A stretch of DNA of 64,000 bases from Entomortierella parvispora E1425 (Eukaryota > Fungi > Mortierellomycota): positions 1,302,001-1,366,000 of the forward strand of contig BQFW01000005.1 in assembly GCA_020891255.1 (NCBI GenBank), read 5' to 3'. Of the stretch, positions 13,734 to 25,337 are shown piece after piece. The notes beneath the pieces were generated by a model, which ran no database searches, was not told where the DNA came from, and saw nothing but the letters and a program-made list of their open reading frames with translations. The position numbers were made by a program, and so were the translations under genes. Numbering within the stretch: position 1 is the first letter of the stretch; the number at the start of each line of letters is the position of its first letter.

Positions 13734-14188
13734 AGAGATAAAGGAGCAACAATAACGTACCAGGACTCGAGGACATTCTTTTTATCAGAGGACTGTTCCT
13801 TCATCCCTTCTCTCCACACACACTCTCTCTCCGCCTTTCCTCCCGCCGACGATGCCATATACACCGATGCATATCCAAACTCATAGATCATGACCAAAAC
13901 AGATCCCAAAAAAAAATTGCCGTACCAACCCCCTACTCTGACAAACTAAAAAAAAAAGAGCCAAGATGTAAAAAGTACAAGGTGCTTGTGATGTGGTAAA
14001 GGTGGATGACACTGGTGCTGAGAGAGCCTTTACCCATCGTCAGGATGGATCGACATATTGCTGCCGTGCGCCACCAAATGGCTGTCTCTATGGACTTTCT
14101 TGAATTATTTTTCCACGCGTCCAGCACGCGAAGAGTTTTTTTTTTATATCTCTCTTCCAGTCCCCATCTGATTCATCTCGTGGCCATC

Positions 14189-15412
14189 ATGACACAGGAA
14201 CACACAAACAGTAGAAATGGTAAATTAGCATCACCATGTGCTCATCCGGATCACCTTGTAGACTCAAGCCATGGCCCACATGATCATCCTTCACCGCAGC
14301 AGTGGCAAGATCATCCAATTGCCATCAGGGACAAGGACTTTGACCTGAGCCACCTTCCCCTTCGCAAGGTCTTTACACTTATCTTTATCCATGACCAAAA
14401 GAATGAGCGGGTATTGTCAAGTTCTTTTTCGTTATCGTTTAGGTCCCCTGCCCTCTTTCCTTCTATGTTGTCGACTATTTTTTCACTTCAAAGTCAAGGT
14501 TGCTTACCTCTCTCCCCACCTTGATTGTAGCTCTTGCTCGGAAAGAAGGTCCGCGGTCCGTTGACGGGCCAATGGAACGGATTTGGAGGAAAAGTCGAAC
14601 GGGGTCTCGATCTGTCCATCGCCGACTCTGCAGCACGAGAGCTTTTGGAGGAGGCCTTTCTGGAAGCGCCCCTGTTCCCCGTCGGATTTGTTCAGTGGGT
14701 CGTCAGTCCACAAGATGCATCCATAAGCGGATCAGGAGAACAGGCCAAGGACTCGATCTATCGGGACATCATGGTTGTGTACAAAGCCCATTCTTTTACC
14801 GTCCAACAATCACAATGCACAGTCTCATCCTCCATCGCCGCCACCGCAGGCGCAGACGGCACGACCAACCTGCAGGAAGAGTTTTTGGCAAGCGATGAGA
14901 TGGCACCGGCCTGGTGGCCAGTTTCAGACTTGCCCTGGGAACAGATGAGGATCAACCACAAAGTCTGGTATCCGCTTCTGCTCGCGGACCGAGTCTACAG
15001 GGCCGTTTATTGGTACCAGACGCACTATAGCGACTACGACCAAGAGAGATCCAAAAAACAGAATGGAAGCAGTACAAAAATTGGAACAGGGGAAACCAAG
15101 GCGGGGGGTACGAATGCTCAACGAGAGACAGCCAAGGAGATTTGGGTTGAGGATCTGGAGAAGCGTTGCATCCAGTTTGGACCCGAGGTCCACAACAATG
15201 GCCCCACAGGGACCTTGCCCATCCAGGAGGTTCAGACTCGACAAGAGCAGCGACAACAAGAACAGGCACGACTGGATGAGTTTGCGAGAGGACTGGGATT
15301 TTTGAAAGAGGACGGTAGATTAGAGCCGACATACTACGAGTCATTGGATGAAGTTTGGATGAGGCAGGCTATTGCAAAAGTAGAAATGAACTGGCTGGTC
15401 GTCCCGAAGTGA
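14189..15412 (+). CDS. Nudix hydrolase, MTH1/NUDT1 (8-oxo-dGTPase)-like
   Basis: join(14189..14410,14531..15412). WNGFGGKVERGLDLSIADSAARELLEEAFL matches the Nudix box with the MTH1-type WNGFGGKVE lead-in; later SDEMAPAWW and LPWEQM. Confidence 0.85.
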
Positions 15413-15569
15413 ATAAGATATGAGTTATTAAGTTTGCAGACATTGGTATGGCATACTGGCATCCTACACCAAATTTCGAACGCCATAGCATTTCTATTAC
15501 ATAGGATGGATACCAGTATGACACACCAATGCCTCCAAACTAAATTCAAGTAGTCTATAACTTACAGAT

Positions 15570-17030
15570 TGAACCTGAACGGAGACTTCATCGAAACGCC
15601 AAATTGCAAAATATTTGCCCACGCCAACATTGAATCGGCCTTCGAGCTGTTTGAATCTCCACGATGGGGATGGATAATGTTGTGCAAGCTAGAGGCAGTA
15701 TCAGACCGATATATAATAAATACAAAACAGCTGAAAAAGATGCAATAGATTCTAAAACCAAAACTTATATGACCATAAGGACAAGTAGAAATGGGCGTTA
15801 CTGTGGCTCGTTCCAATCCGTATGTAAATGTTGTTCAGAACAGCATCAAGGTCCCCTCTGCCCTTCATTGATCTCTTCGACAGCGCGATTAGATCATCCA
15901 GCAACCGGCTTGTGTCCTCGTCAGCTTCTTGTAGTTGTGGCAACCATCACATTTGTTTGCCCTCTTTTAAATCCTGACTTGAAAAGTGGCTTCTCTCTTT
16001 AGGATCCTTCTTCCGTTTCAAGTCCTTCTTTGGAGAATGGTGCTTCGAATCCTTCAAATCTTCTTCAGCTGTAAACAGATCCCATATCCCGGTGAGAGCG
16101 ACAAAGCCGCGTCTAAGGCTAAGGCATCTTGTTTGATCAGATTTTGATTTTATCGCCATTTCGCTCCGCGTTGATTCGAGCTGTTCTAGTGCGAGAGAGT
16201 ATCGCGATTCTTTGGTCGGTAGCTTGATATTTTGACCATGAAACTATGGCTGTAAGTTTTTGATGGTTATTTTCTTTGAAAACGCAAATGACGCCAAAGT
16301 AAAATGAAAACCCCTGTATAAAGCGATCGGCGCTTACAAGGGCAAGAGCAGATGATGCCAGAGTATGCCATGGTTCCTTAAGTGTGACTTTGTTGGCATC
16401 AGATGTATCATTGAGTGGCGAGGATGACGAAACGGTTGACTGACACATGGACGATGCTGTATCAAGAACAATCGGCGATGAGCGATGGCCGGTATGGGCT
16501 TTCTTTTGGATGTGATCAATCCACCCATTACTCTCATCGGTTTGGCGGCTATTGATAGCTCCACTGCCCTTGCTCATGTCCGATTGCAATGGGCGCAGGC
16601 TGTCTTTAAGTTGATCCGAGGAACTCGAGCCAGCGTTGATAGCCAAATGATCAGAATCAACCTGGAAGACAAGGAAAGAAGCGATGAGAGAAAGTTGTTC
16701 TCTGCAATAGGCTTTGGGTTGAAACTGTCTGCGGAAAACACCTCCAAGCCTTCAACAAATCCCTCGGTATCGCCCCCATGATCGACAGCGTAGTCTTCTG
16801 GTCCAAAGGATGGGATGTCTGTTATAAAAGAATCGGTCAATTTTTAAACAGTCTTCCATCTTCTCAGATCCCGCCGTTGTCCGGAAGCTATCTGGTTTCT
16901 CGAAGTCCTCCAAAGGATTGGGAGCATTGGCATCACTTGTTGGCCGGTGCCATATCGGGGTGCACGCAGAATTAGGGAGACGATAGCCCATTGGTAAACA
17001 GGCGTAACTATGTAGAAAAGTAACAAAAAG
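15570..17030 (-). pseudogene. Possible degraded gene remnant, unidentified
   Basis: Several abutting protein-like ORF pieces in different minus frames (16574-16840, 16137-16646, 15947-16159, 15752-15943). No family recognised. Confidence 0.25.
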
Positions 17031-17084
17031 CAAACTATCAGTCAGGGTCAGCTATATCAACCTTTGTACAAACAAAAGGGGTGT

Positions 17085-17540
17085 GTATGCCCAGTGACAA
17101 TCCACACCCCGTTACAAGACCTGTGATGTGTATGCCCACTGACAATCCACATCAAAGTGGCATCTCCTGTGGTCCAGTGACACTTCAAGAGTATAGGGAT
17201 CGGAGAAACTGGCAAGGATCCTCGTCGCACCCCTACTGAGCCCCGGATTACATTCTCCAGCTCAGTTGAGCACTGAAACCCGGAAAAACAACCACTGCCT
17301 CCATCAACAATCTGCATCTCCTGTGGTCCAGTGACATTTCAGGAGTGTAGAGATCAGAGGACCTGTCGAGGATCCTCGTCACACCCCTACTCAGCCCTCG
17401 AGTCTCATTCTTCAACTCCTACGAGTACTGCAGGCATACTGTAGCCTAAAAAAACCTCGAGTGTGACGCATATGCCCACTGACAATCTGCATCCAGATGT
17501 CTTCCCCTGTGGTCCAGTGACACTTCAGGATATGCAGAGG
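17085..17540 (+). repeat. Three degenerate copies of a ~155-190-bp unit
   Basis: Core CCTGTGGTCCAGTGACA(C/T)TTCA(A/G)GA recurs near 17165, 17318 and 17505; ATGCCCA(G/C)TGACAATC recurs near 17087, 17132 and 17472. Confidence 0.75.
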
Positions 17541-19376
17541 TCAGAGAAGCAAAAGCTCTCGCGACATCTCTACGCGACCTCCCACTCGCTTTTGAACTAC
17601 AGAACATTACCTTGTTGGTCAACTTGCGGACGGATGGACGCTCGGTGACTGTAACTGAAGAAAAAGGCGAATGATACAGAGGAGAGGGTGATGATGATAC
17701 AAAGAGGAGGGTGTTGATGATCGCCATGTCATTGGCACCTGCCTCCTTGTCGGCGGCCTCTACTTCCTCCTCTTCTTCAGCCATCTCTTCTGCCTCCTCT
17801 ACTTCCTCCGCTTCCTCCGCTTCCTCTGCTTCCTCTCCTTCCTCCATATCGACGTCCTCCATATCAGGCTGGCCTACGGCTTCGTTTTCAGCGTCATGTG
17901 AGCAAGACGTTTCGCCATTGTCGGTGGGCAGGGGAAGTTGGAACGACCGTCTTTTCCGGTGTGCTCTCATTGCCCAAATGGTGTGCGGCTAGACAGTCGG
18001 TCTACTCTTCCTTAGGTTCTCCAGCTCTAGAAGATCAAGTTCAAGGATATGATTCTTCAGAGCATCTGCCACCTTCTGCCGGGCTCGACGATACTGAGAA
18101 GGTTTCGTAGCATGTACGTCCATAACGTTTGAATCAACCTATCACCGAGAGTATGTCAGGTAAGCTGCTTGAAAAAAAAAAAAAAAAAACAGGTAGCAAG
18201 TTCCTGTGCATAGCAGAATAAAATTAGGGGAGTACCTGTTCTCGAGGATTCCTTCGCGCCCTTTTTTCTGGTCGTGGTGTTGCTCCATTGTCCTGAAAGG
18301 AGAGACAACCAGCATCATGTCAGGACGCGTACATCTTGGTCTCCCAGTCAACTGTCAACCCAGCGCAAACGCACCGATGCCTACCGAGTCATTGGGATGT
18401 CGTCGACCTGGAAACTGCTCCTGCTGTTGAGATTGTTCCGATTGTTGGTCCTGTTCGTGCAGTTGAGTTTGTCCGTTCATGGCAGCAAATCTATCCTGAA
18501 CGCGTTTCTGAGATTGCTGTTCCAGGGGTTGAAGTTGTTGTTGCGGGTGATGCAGCTCCTGTTGCAGTTGCTGGTACTCGCAAAGGAGAGTGGTGGTTAT
18601 TGATGGAGGATAGGGATGGTGGCTTGGGGTGATGTAGGAAAAAGGTGGGTGCACCAAGGCTTTGGACGACTGCGCTATTGTCTTCGAAAGTTTCCGAGCC
18701 ACATACATTCAGTCAGCAGTGAAGCTCACGAGCGAGTGAGGTCCTGTACAACTTGCCTGCATGTGATCTCATCACTAGCATGAAATGCTGGCTTGGCTTC
18801 GGTAACTACATGGCCACTGGAATGCCTGGCTAAGGCCCTCGAGTAGTCCCAGAGTCACATACATGCTGCCATATAAAGGTCTCTTGCGCAATTGCGAGAC
18901 CTTACATGGTGATGGAAGGAATCCAACGCGCCTGCATGTAACTCATATCTGATATAGCCCACAGAGGAGAGATATCAGCACGTAGGGAGGTTGGTCGGCC
19001 CCATGCACCCTGACCAGAAAAAGAAGGATGGTGAAACGGAATTAGAGAGAGGAAAATACACAGGAAGGCGTGCTGCCTGTGTGGGAGCGAGCTTCAATGT
19101 ATGTTGATGACAGGAGGCAGCACCACGATGATGAGTCACTGGCGACAAGAACCGTGATGATGTTGGGACGTGCGAATAGATGCTCGAGCAGGACGAATGG
19201 AGGATTGAATGGATGGTCTAGGACGAGGGAAAGGTGGATCATGAGAAAGCACGCGTCGCTCCTCACCCAGGGCAATGCGTCTTGACTGCTTCCACGGCAT
19301 CCCGCTTTTTTTGTGCTCTCACGCCGTATCATTACGTCCAGCGACGTATTCATGGCGTGGATTGTCCTTCCTAGCG

Positions 19377-19448
19377 ATCAACCCGTCTCCTCTCAGTCAA
19401 CCAGCCCGTCTCCTCTTAATCAATCAACCCGCCTCCTCTCAATCAATC
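19377..19448. repeat. ~23-bp minisatellite, 3 copies
   Basis: (A)TCAACCCG(T/C)CTCCTCT(C/T)A(G/A)TC-like unit repeated three times. Confidence 0.7.
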
Positions 19449-21529
19449 GTACCTGTTTACACGGCTCTGCTTTATCCTCTCCTCATCCGCCCAGAGCCGT
19501 GTGCGTTTCCTTAATGCGGATAGCACACGGAGTGTCTCATCCTGTCATGCATTAGTATCCTGCTCTCGCTCTGCTTTTCATCTCCAGAGAGCGTAGATAC
19601 GAGAGCTTGAGTTCTTTGGGTGTAATATAACTAGTTCTGCTGACATGATGTCAATCAGACCGTCCGACCCGCTTTTGTGGTATGATACGGTGGGGCGACC
19701 CTTGCATCAAACCATGAATTCTCGTCAAAGGATGTGTGCAGAGAAGAAGGCAACTGTACTTTGTTATCGTTGCCTTGTTGTTCTTGAACAACAAGGTGAG
19801 TGTCCTCTTTATCACGTCGGCCCATGACCTCGTCTAGAGGCGTTGACCACCATATGACTGTCCATTCCTAGCACATTTTGCTGTGTGCAAGGGGTGGCCG
19901 TCAGGTCGTTGATGAGCATGGGTTTCAATGACTGTAGCCGGAGATGTCGTCAGAGACGGGAGGAATAAGTTAACGCCGAAAGTTCTGAAGATTTTTGGCC
20001 TGTTTCTACTTTTATGCAATAAAGTACCTTCAGCCAGAGGGGGACTACAGTGAAGACAGGCTAGAACAAGACGCGCGGACAGAGTTGAGCAAGTCGACAA
20101 CACCGAGAGAACGGGACTTACCCAGGAAAGACAAGCTCAGGGACATCTACGGACTCTTAATCACGACGACTGTGGAAGAGGCCATCCTGGAGGCATGAAC
20201 TAGCTTGGAGGGCATGGGTCCTGTCCTCAAATAAATTTCCCCTCACCTTTTCTTCTTTCGACAAGTTCGTGGCATCGTCAAGACCGCAATTATAAGTACA
20301 ATTGCCCTATGTACCCTGTTCCTCAGTCTCTACGCCCTGCATTTATTTTCTTATATCGACTACATCCATTCTTTGTCGTGATTCCTCTCGTACTATCTTC
20401 TACGAAGCACTCTCGACAATCTATTGTTCATTGTCCAAAAGACTGGCCAACCCATCCGAACCACTTGGCGACTCTTCACCACCGCCCTTACGTTGGTACT
20501 CCGCTTCGCTCGACTTTCTATTCCTCTCGCACATATCCGGCAAGTCTCGCGTCGACTGCATAAAAGAACACTCTTCGGATCATTACCCTCTCACTTTCGA
20601 TCCTCCCTTACATTCATCGGTACCTTCCTAGCGCTCTTCTTACTCCAACTTGGCCTGACTTTCTCCCCCTCGTGGTTGATCCACTGGTTTTGGTTGTTCT
20701 CGTCATCCTTTTTCTTCTGGTTATAATCGCTATTTTCCTACCAGCTGGTTTTCAGAAGTAAGGAGATACTTCGAGTCGTCTTCCGTTGGAAAGTCGCTGT
20801 CCTCAAGTTCTCTCTCTCTCGCCGCTGCCAGACTCGCCCTCAAATTCATCTCTATCACCTTCAGCAACCTCGAAGACCACTACTCAGCACTCCTCCACTA
20901 CTGCAGTCACTACATCCTTGTCAGCCTCCACAAGACCACGAGAGTCAGTACCGCCATCTCAGCTTCCTCAACAACGACCACCGCTGTTCCCTATTACCCA
21001 GAGTCTATAACTATATCCCAAGCTTAAGAAACTCCATATATTCACCAAGAAACAGCAGCCACTACGATCCCCTTCTCAACTATTTCCACTATAAACGCTC
21101 TTTCTTGACCTTCACGGCAACATCACTTCTATCACCCTTTCAAACCTCTAACTCTCTCTCTACACGCCATTCCCCACGATGAGTGAAGACATCACCACAG
21201 CTGATACCAGCGAGGTGTACGCGACACAAGTAGAGACAGAAACAACTCCCCAACCAACTACGTCCTCTACTTCGGCCAGCCCAACGGCCACAGTGTGCCC
21301 GGAGGGTGACACCACTAGTTGGCAGTCACACGATCCACCCCACAGTTCATGATTGCGTGGCACAGCAGAAGGCGAAGCACGGTGGATGAAATATAAGGTT
21401 GCCCTTTTTTCACCAGCTCCCCATCCTCATGCCCACAGTTTCCCAACTCTCCCTCCACTCCCCTTTTTCAGCGTCCCAACTTTCCTAATCAACTATTCCC
21501 CGCCCTCTATACAGCACCGTTGAGCACTC

Positions 21530-24500
21530 ATGACTATCCACAGTACTAGTCGGGTCCTACAACCCTTCCGACTTGCACCTGAATCCGTTGTCGAACAGGG
21601 CGGAACCAGCAGCAACAGCATCAACGAAGGCGACATTCATAACATTAGTGCCTATCAGGACCCTCAATCCGGACAATATTTCGTGCTCTGGCAGGATATC
21701 AAACTCGTGTATAATTGTGTGGACTTTATCAGAGATAGCGAGGACGGATCGCTGGTGCCGTTCATGAATGTCATCAACACTCTGGAACTGTAAGTGCTGT
21801 TGACCGTGTGATCTTCCTTAATCCTTGAATGTGCACGTCTTATTCCTGGACTTTACTAACAGATGAATGAACTTGTCACTGGTATCCCCTCCTGTAGACT
21901 AAGGCCCAAGAGGATATTGCATCATCCAAACAAGGTGTTGGACGTGGTTCTGTCATCTCAATCGCCCAATCTCAAGAGAGGGCCTTCCATATTGAAGCGC
22001 GATGACAGTGATGCATTGTTTTCAGAAGCCGCAATGGCTGGAAGGCAAGGCTCAGTCTCATCCTTTCAAGAACTCCAGCAAGAGCATATTCAGGCGGTCC
22101 TTACGGGACAAGCCCAACAGGCAGACGAGATCAAAGTCGACATGGCGAAACATTTTGAAAAGATGAAGGTCGAAACGGACAAGATCCAAGAGTTGCAGCA
22201 GCAGATGATGGACCGATTGGCCAATATTCAAGCTCAAATCCAAGCGGTCATGGTTCAAACGTACGAGCTGCACGAGTATCCCATCCCAAGACTGTTCATC
22301 ATCCTCCCCAAAATACCGCGCAGAAGGGATGCCCTCTTGAAACCATTCTCGAATCAATTTCGACTCTACTTTTTGTGCGAGTGCGGCGCCCACACTACTC
22401 GCGAAGGGTCTCGGAAGACGGACAGGGTGCACTTGGCCCACCACCCTGGATATGACATTGAGAGGCCCACGGAGTTCTTCCAAAAGTACGGACCCTATGT
22501 CCTCGCAATCTTGAGAACAGTCCAGACTGGTGCATGGTTGATGGGAACTGTGATTGATAACCTGCAGCACTCGACTTTTGCGCGCGATCTAATGCACGCC
22601 GAAGAAGGACTGGCTTTCGCGAAGAGGGAGCACGAGTTTTATACCAATAGTAATGTTGCAAAAATGGTGAACAAAACTACCAAGTACTTGGAGCACACGA
22701 GCCAAGAACATGACCGTCGAGGACTAAGGGGAATGCACGCCAGCAGAGCCGTGAGCCAATCCATAATGAACGATACACAAGTCATTGAAAGCGTAGAGCT
22801 GAAGCACCTGGACCGCTATCTCTCATGTGTGGATCCCAGACGAACTTTTGGTGACCTTCACCGGAGCGTGACCAAGGACGGGCACGTCAAGTGGGTCTGT
22901 CGGACGCATTTCAGACAAAACTACCGCGATCAGGCCTTGGAGCGCCTGCGCAATGTCGTGGTGGAGAACCGTGGAGTATTTGATGAGTACCGTGAGAAAG
23001 TCACGATTCGATTGGCCAGCAAGACTCTTGCGAACGGATTCTATGCAGCTCTGATCCAAGCTCACATTCAAGAGCTGGATATCACGTTGGCATGGGATGT
23101 CACCATGCAGGACCTCACCGTTTTTGTGGACAACATCCTCAAGTCAACTATTCTTTCGCTGAGCATGGATGGCTGGGATTTTGAAGGATCGTATGGCGAT
23201 CTGAGCAATCGCAGGCACCGCTTTGAACCCTTGATCCGCCTTTTGACAGACGGGCAACTTCAAGTACTCCAGCTCAGGCGATTCTCAGAACTCTTCAAGC
23301 GGATCTCCAGCCTTCCGAGCGTCGAGTCCATACCGGCACTGCGCTCGTTGGATATTTGTAGGACGGAAAACTATCATGAGTTACTCCCCGAATTGATCAA
23401 GAAGTGTATAGGATTGCAGAGACTAGCCATTCACTCGGACTACAGCTCTGAGATAGAAGAGATCTTGAGCGCAGGACGTAATCTGAGAGAGCTGCGTGTG
23501 GCCTACGGTCAAGCCTCGATCGACACTGTTCTTTCCTTAATCGACAAGGTGGTAGATATCAAGAGTACCGCTCACAGACTCCAGCACGATGATCAGTGCA
23601 GCCTAAGTTCGCTGGTCATTACAGGAAGAGACTTTGGAATATCTGTCGCCTTTGCCGCTGAAAAGATCACTCAGCTTGTTATTGATCGGTGGGAGAGCCA
23701 AGCCATGCAGCCGATACTGGACAGATATGGATGGGCCTTGAACGAGCTTGATCTTTCTGCCTATCAAGCATCCGAAACTCGAGCGCGACTAGAGGATGGC
23801 AAGAAGGATTTGCACACCTCCCTGAACTTGGGTCGGTGGGCACACTCTCTGGAACAGCATGGATCTCAATCTCGATCCCTTTTGGCGTCTGTCAAGTTTA
23901 ACGGATCGCTCCTAAAGCCCCGAAATCAACCTCACATTTTATCGATCATTGAATTGTCGCCAGGATTAAACGACATGAGCTTGATCTTGGGCGACAAAAG
24001 ACTCCGACCAAGGCTGTGGTCGCCTGATTCCAAGGAAGAGCAGGCACCTCCATATTCTTTGATTGATTCTGACAGCTATCCTGAAGACTTGCAGCAGCAA
24101 CTACACAAGGAGGAGACAGAGTGGTGCTTGAACCACTTGGCCTCCAAAGCAACCAAACTGGAATTGATTGGCTCAGCCGCCATCCACCAGACCATCGACT
24201 ATTTACTACGTGGAGGCCAAAAGGGTCTCCTCCCCAAGCTGAAAGAGCTCCGCCTAGTGGTGGATGATAATCTGGACCCCATGCATTCCAAGAGCATCGA
24301 GGATCTCCACACCGAGCAGTTTGAACAACTTCTCAAGTCCTTGGATTTCACCGTTTTGACCTCTCTGGTCATCGACCACTTCCAGTTCAGTCAAGAGCAC
24401 TGGGAACTGTTATTGCAGCATTTGCTTCAGCATGGTCATTTGGAGAAGGGTCCAACTCCACCTCCTCTGCCCCTCGCGAACTTGGAGATTCGGTCAACGC

Positions 24501-24592
24501 TTTTTTTTGATGACGCTGATGTGGAGGCACTGCGGTCTCAATTGGCCACTAAGGCCCCAACGGTGCACCTTGATGTATTACCCAATGTCTGA
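21530..24592 (+). CDS. Mortierella-type modular protein: N-terminal header domain, coiled coil, YELHEYPIPRLF domain, RNI-like leucine-rich repeats
   Basis: join(21530..21789,21898..24592). Exon 1 encodes QPFRL...DPQSGQYFVLWQDI...VPFM; then a Q-rich coiled coil, YELHEYPIPRLFIILP...RLYFLCECG...GHVKWVC, and LxxLxL repeats to the C-terminus. Confidence 0.8.
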
Positions 24593-25337
24593 TTGACTAA
24601 ACTGATAGTACTGCCCTGATCCAATAAATGCAAGCGCGTCGCGTTCAGTCTTTATGTTGAGTCAAACAACATTCCAATCTCGGATGTTTTTTTTTTTTTT
24701 TTATTTTATTTTTGTCGACGTGTATCCCCAAACACCACTCCATCTGGCTTGAAGTGTTTCAGCAGAGGTGTGGTACTGTTGACCGAAGCGAGGCGGGCTC
24801 GTTTCGGAAAGCGGTCGGGACTCATATTAAAGTGGCGATAACGAGGAAGAAGCAGGTATGAAAAAGTTGATACGTTAATAAGAAAAGGGAGATGCAACAT
24901 AGAAGGAGCTCATTTGTCATCGCGCCCTTGTTCGAACGCGTGCGCCACCATCCTCCACTCAGGAGAATTGAATGCCAGTCACGCGCCCGCTGCTCAGCCA
25001 CAAACATTAATGTATGCGCGCGTCTTTTTTTCTTTTTTGCTCAGTGTTGTTTTGTGCCCCAAGGACCCTTGCCCATCTCTGCAGTCCACGTCTTCTTAGC
25101 ATAGAGCATTTCCTTCATCCTCACCCTCATTCGCCCTAATTATTTCTCCGGGACTTTGCCATGGACTCCAATCCCGCCCACAGGTACCACCATTGTCTGC
25201 TCTTTGGCTCATCCTTCATGTCGCGTTAGACGTCTCGGTCTGCAAACCATGACAGGATGGCTGCTTTACTTTTACTCCTGTGTAGACTTTCCCGGGGACA
25301 TGCACTCACCCAGCTCGTACTTTTGAATTAACTTAGA

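Noticed and set aside
18877-18904. Hairpin AAGGTCTC...GAGACCTT as a Helitron 3' end or terminator
   Set aside because: No CTRR terminus at the right spacing on either strand and no linked Helitron gene.
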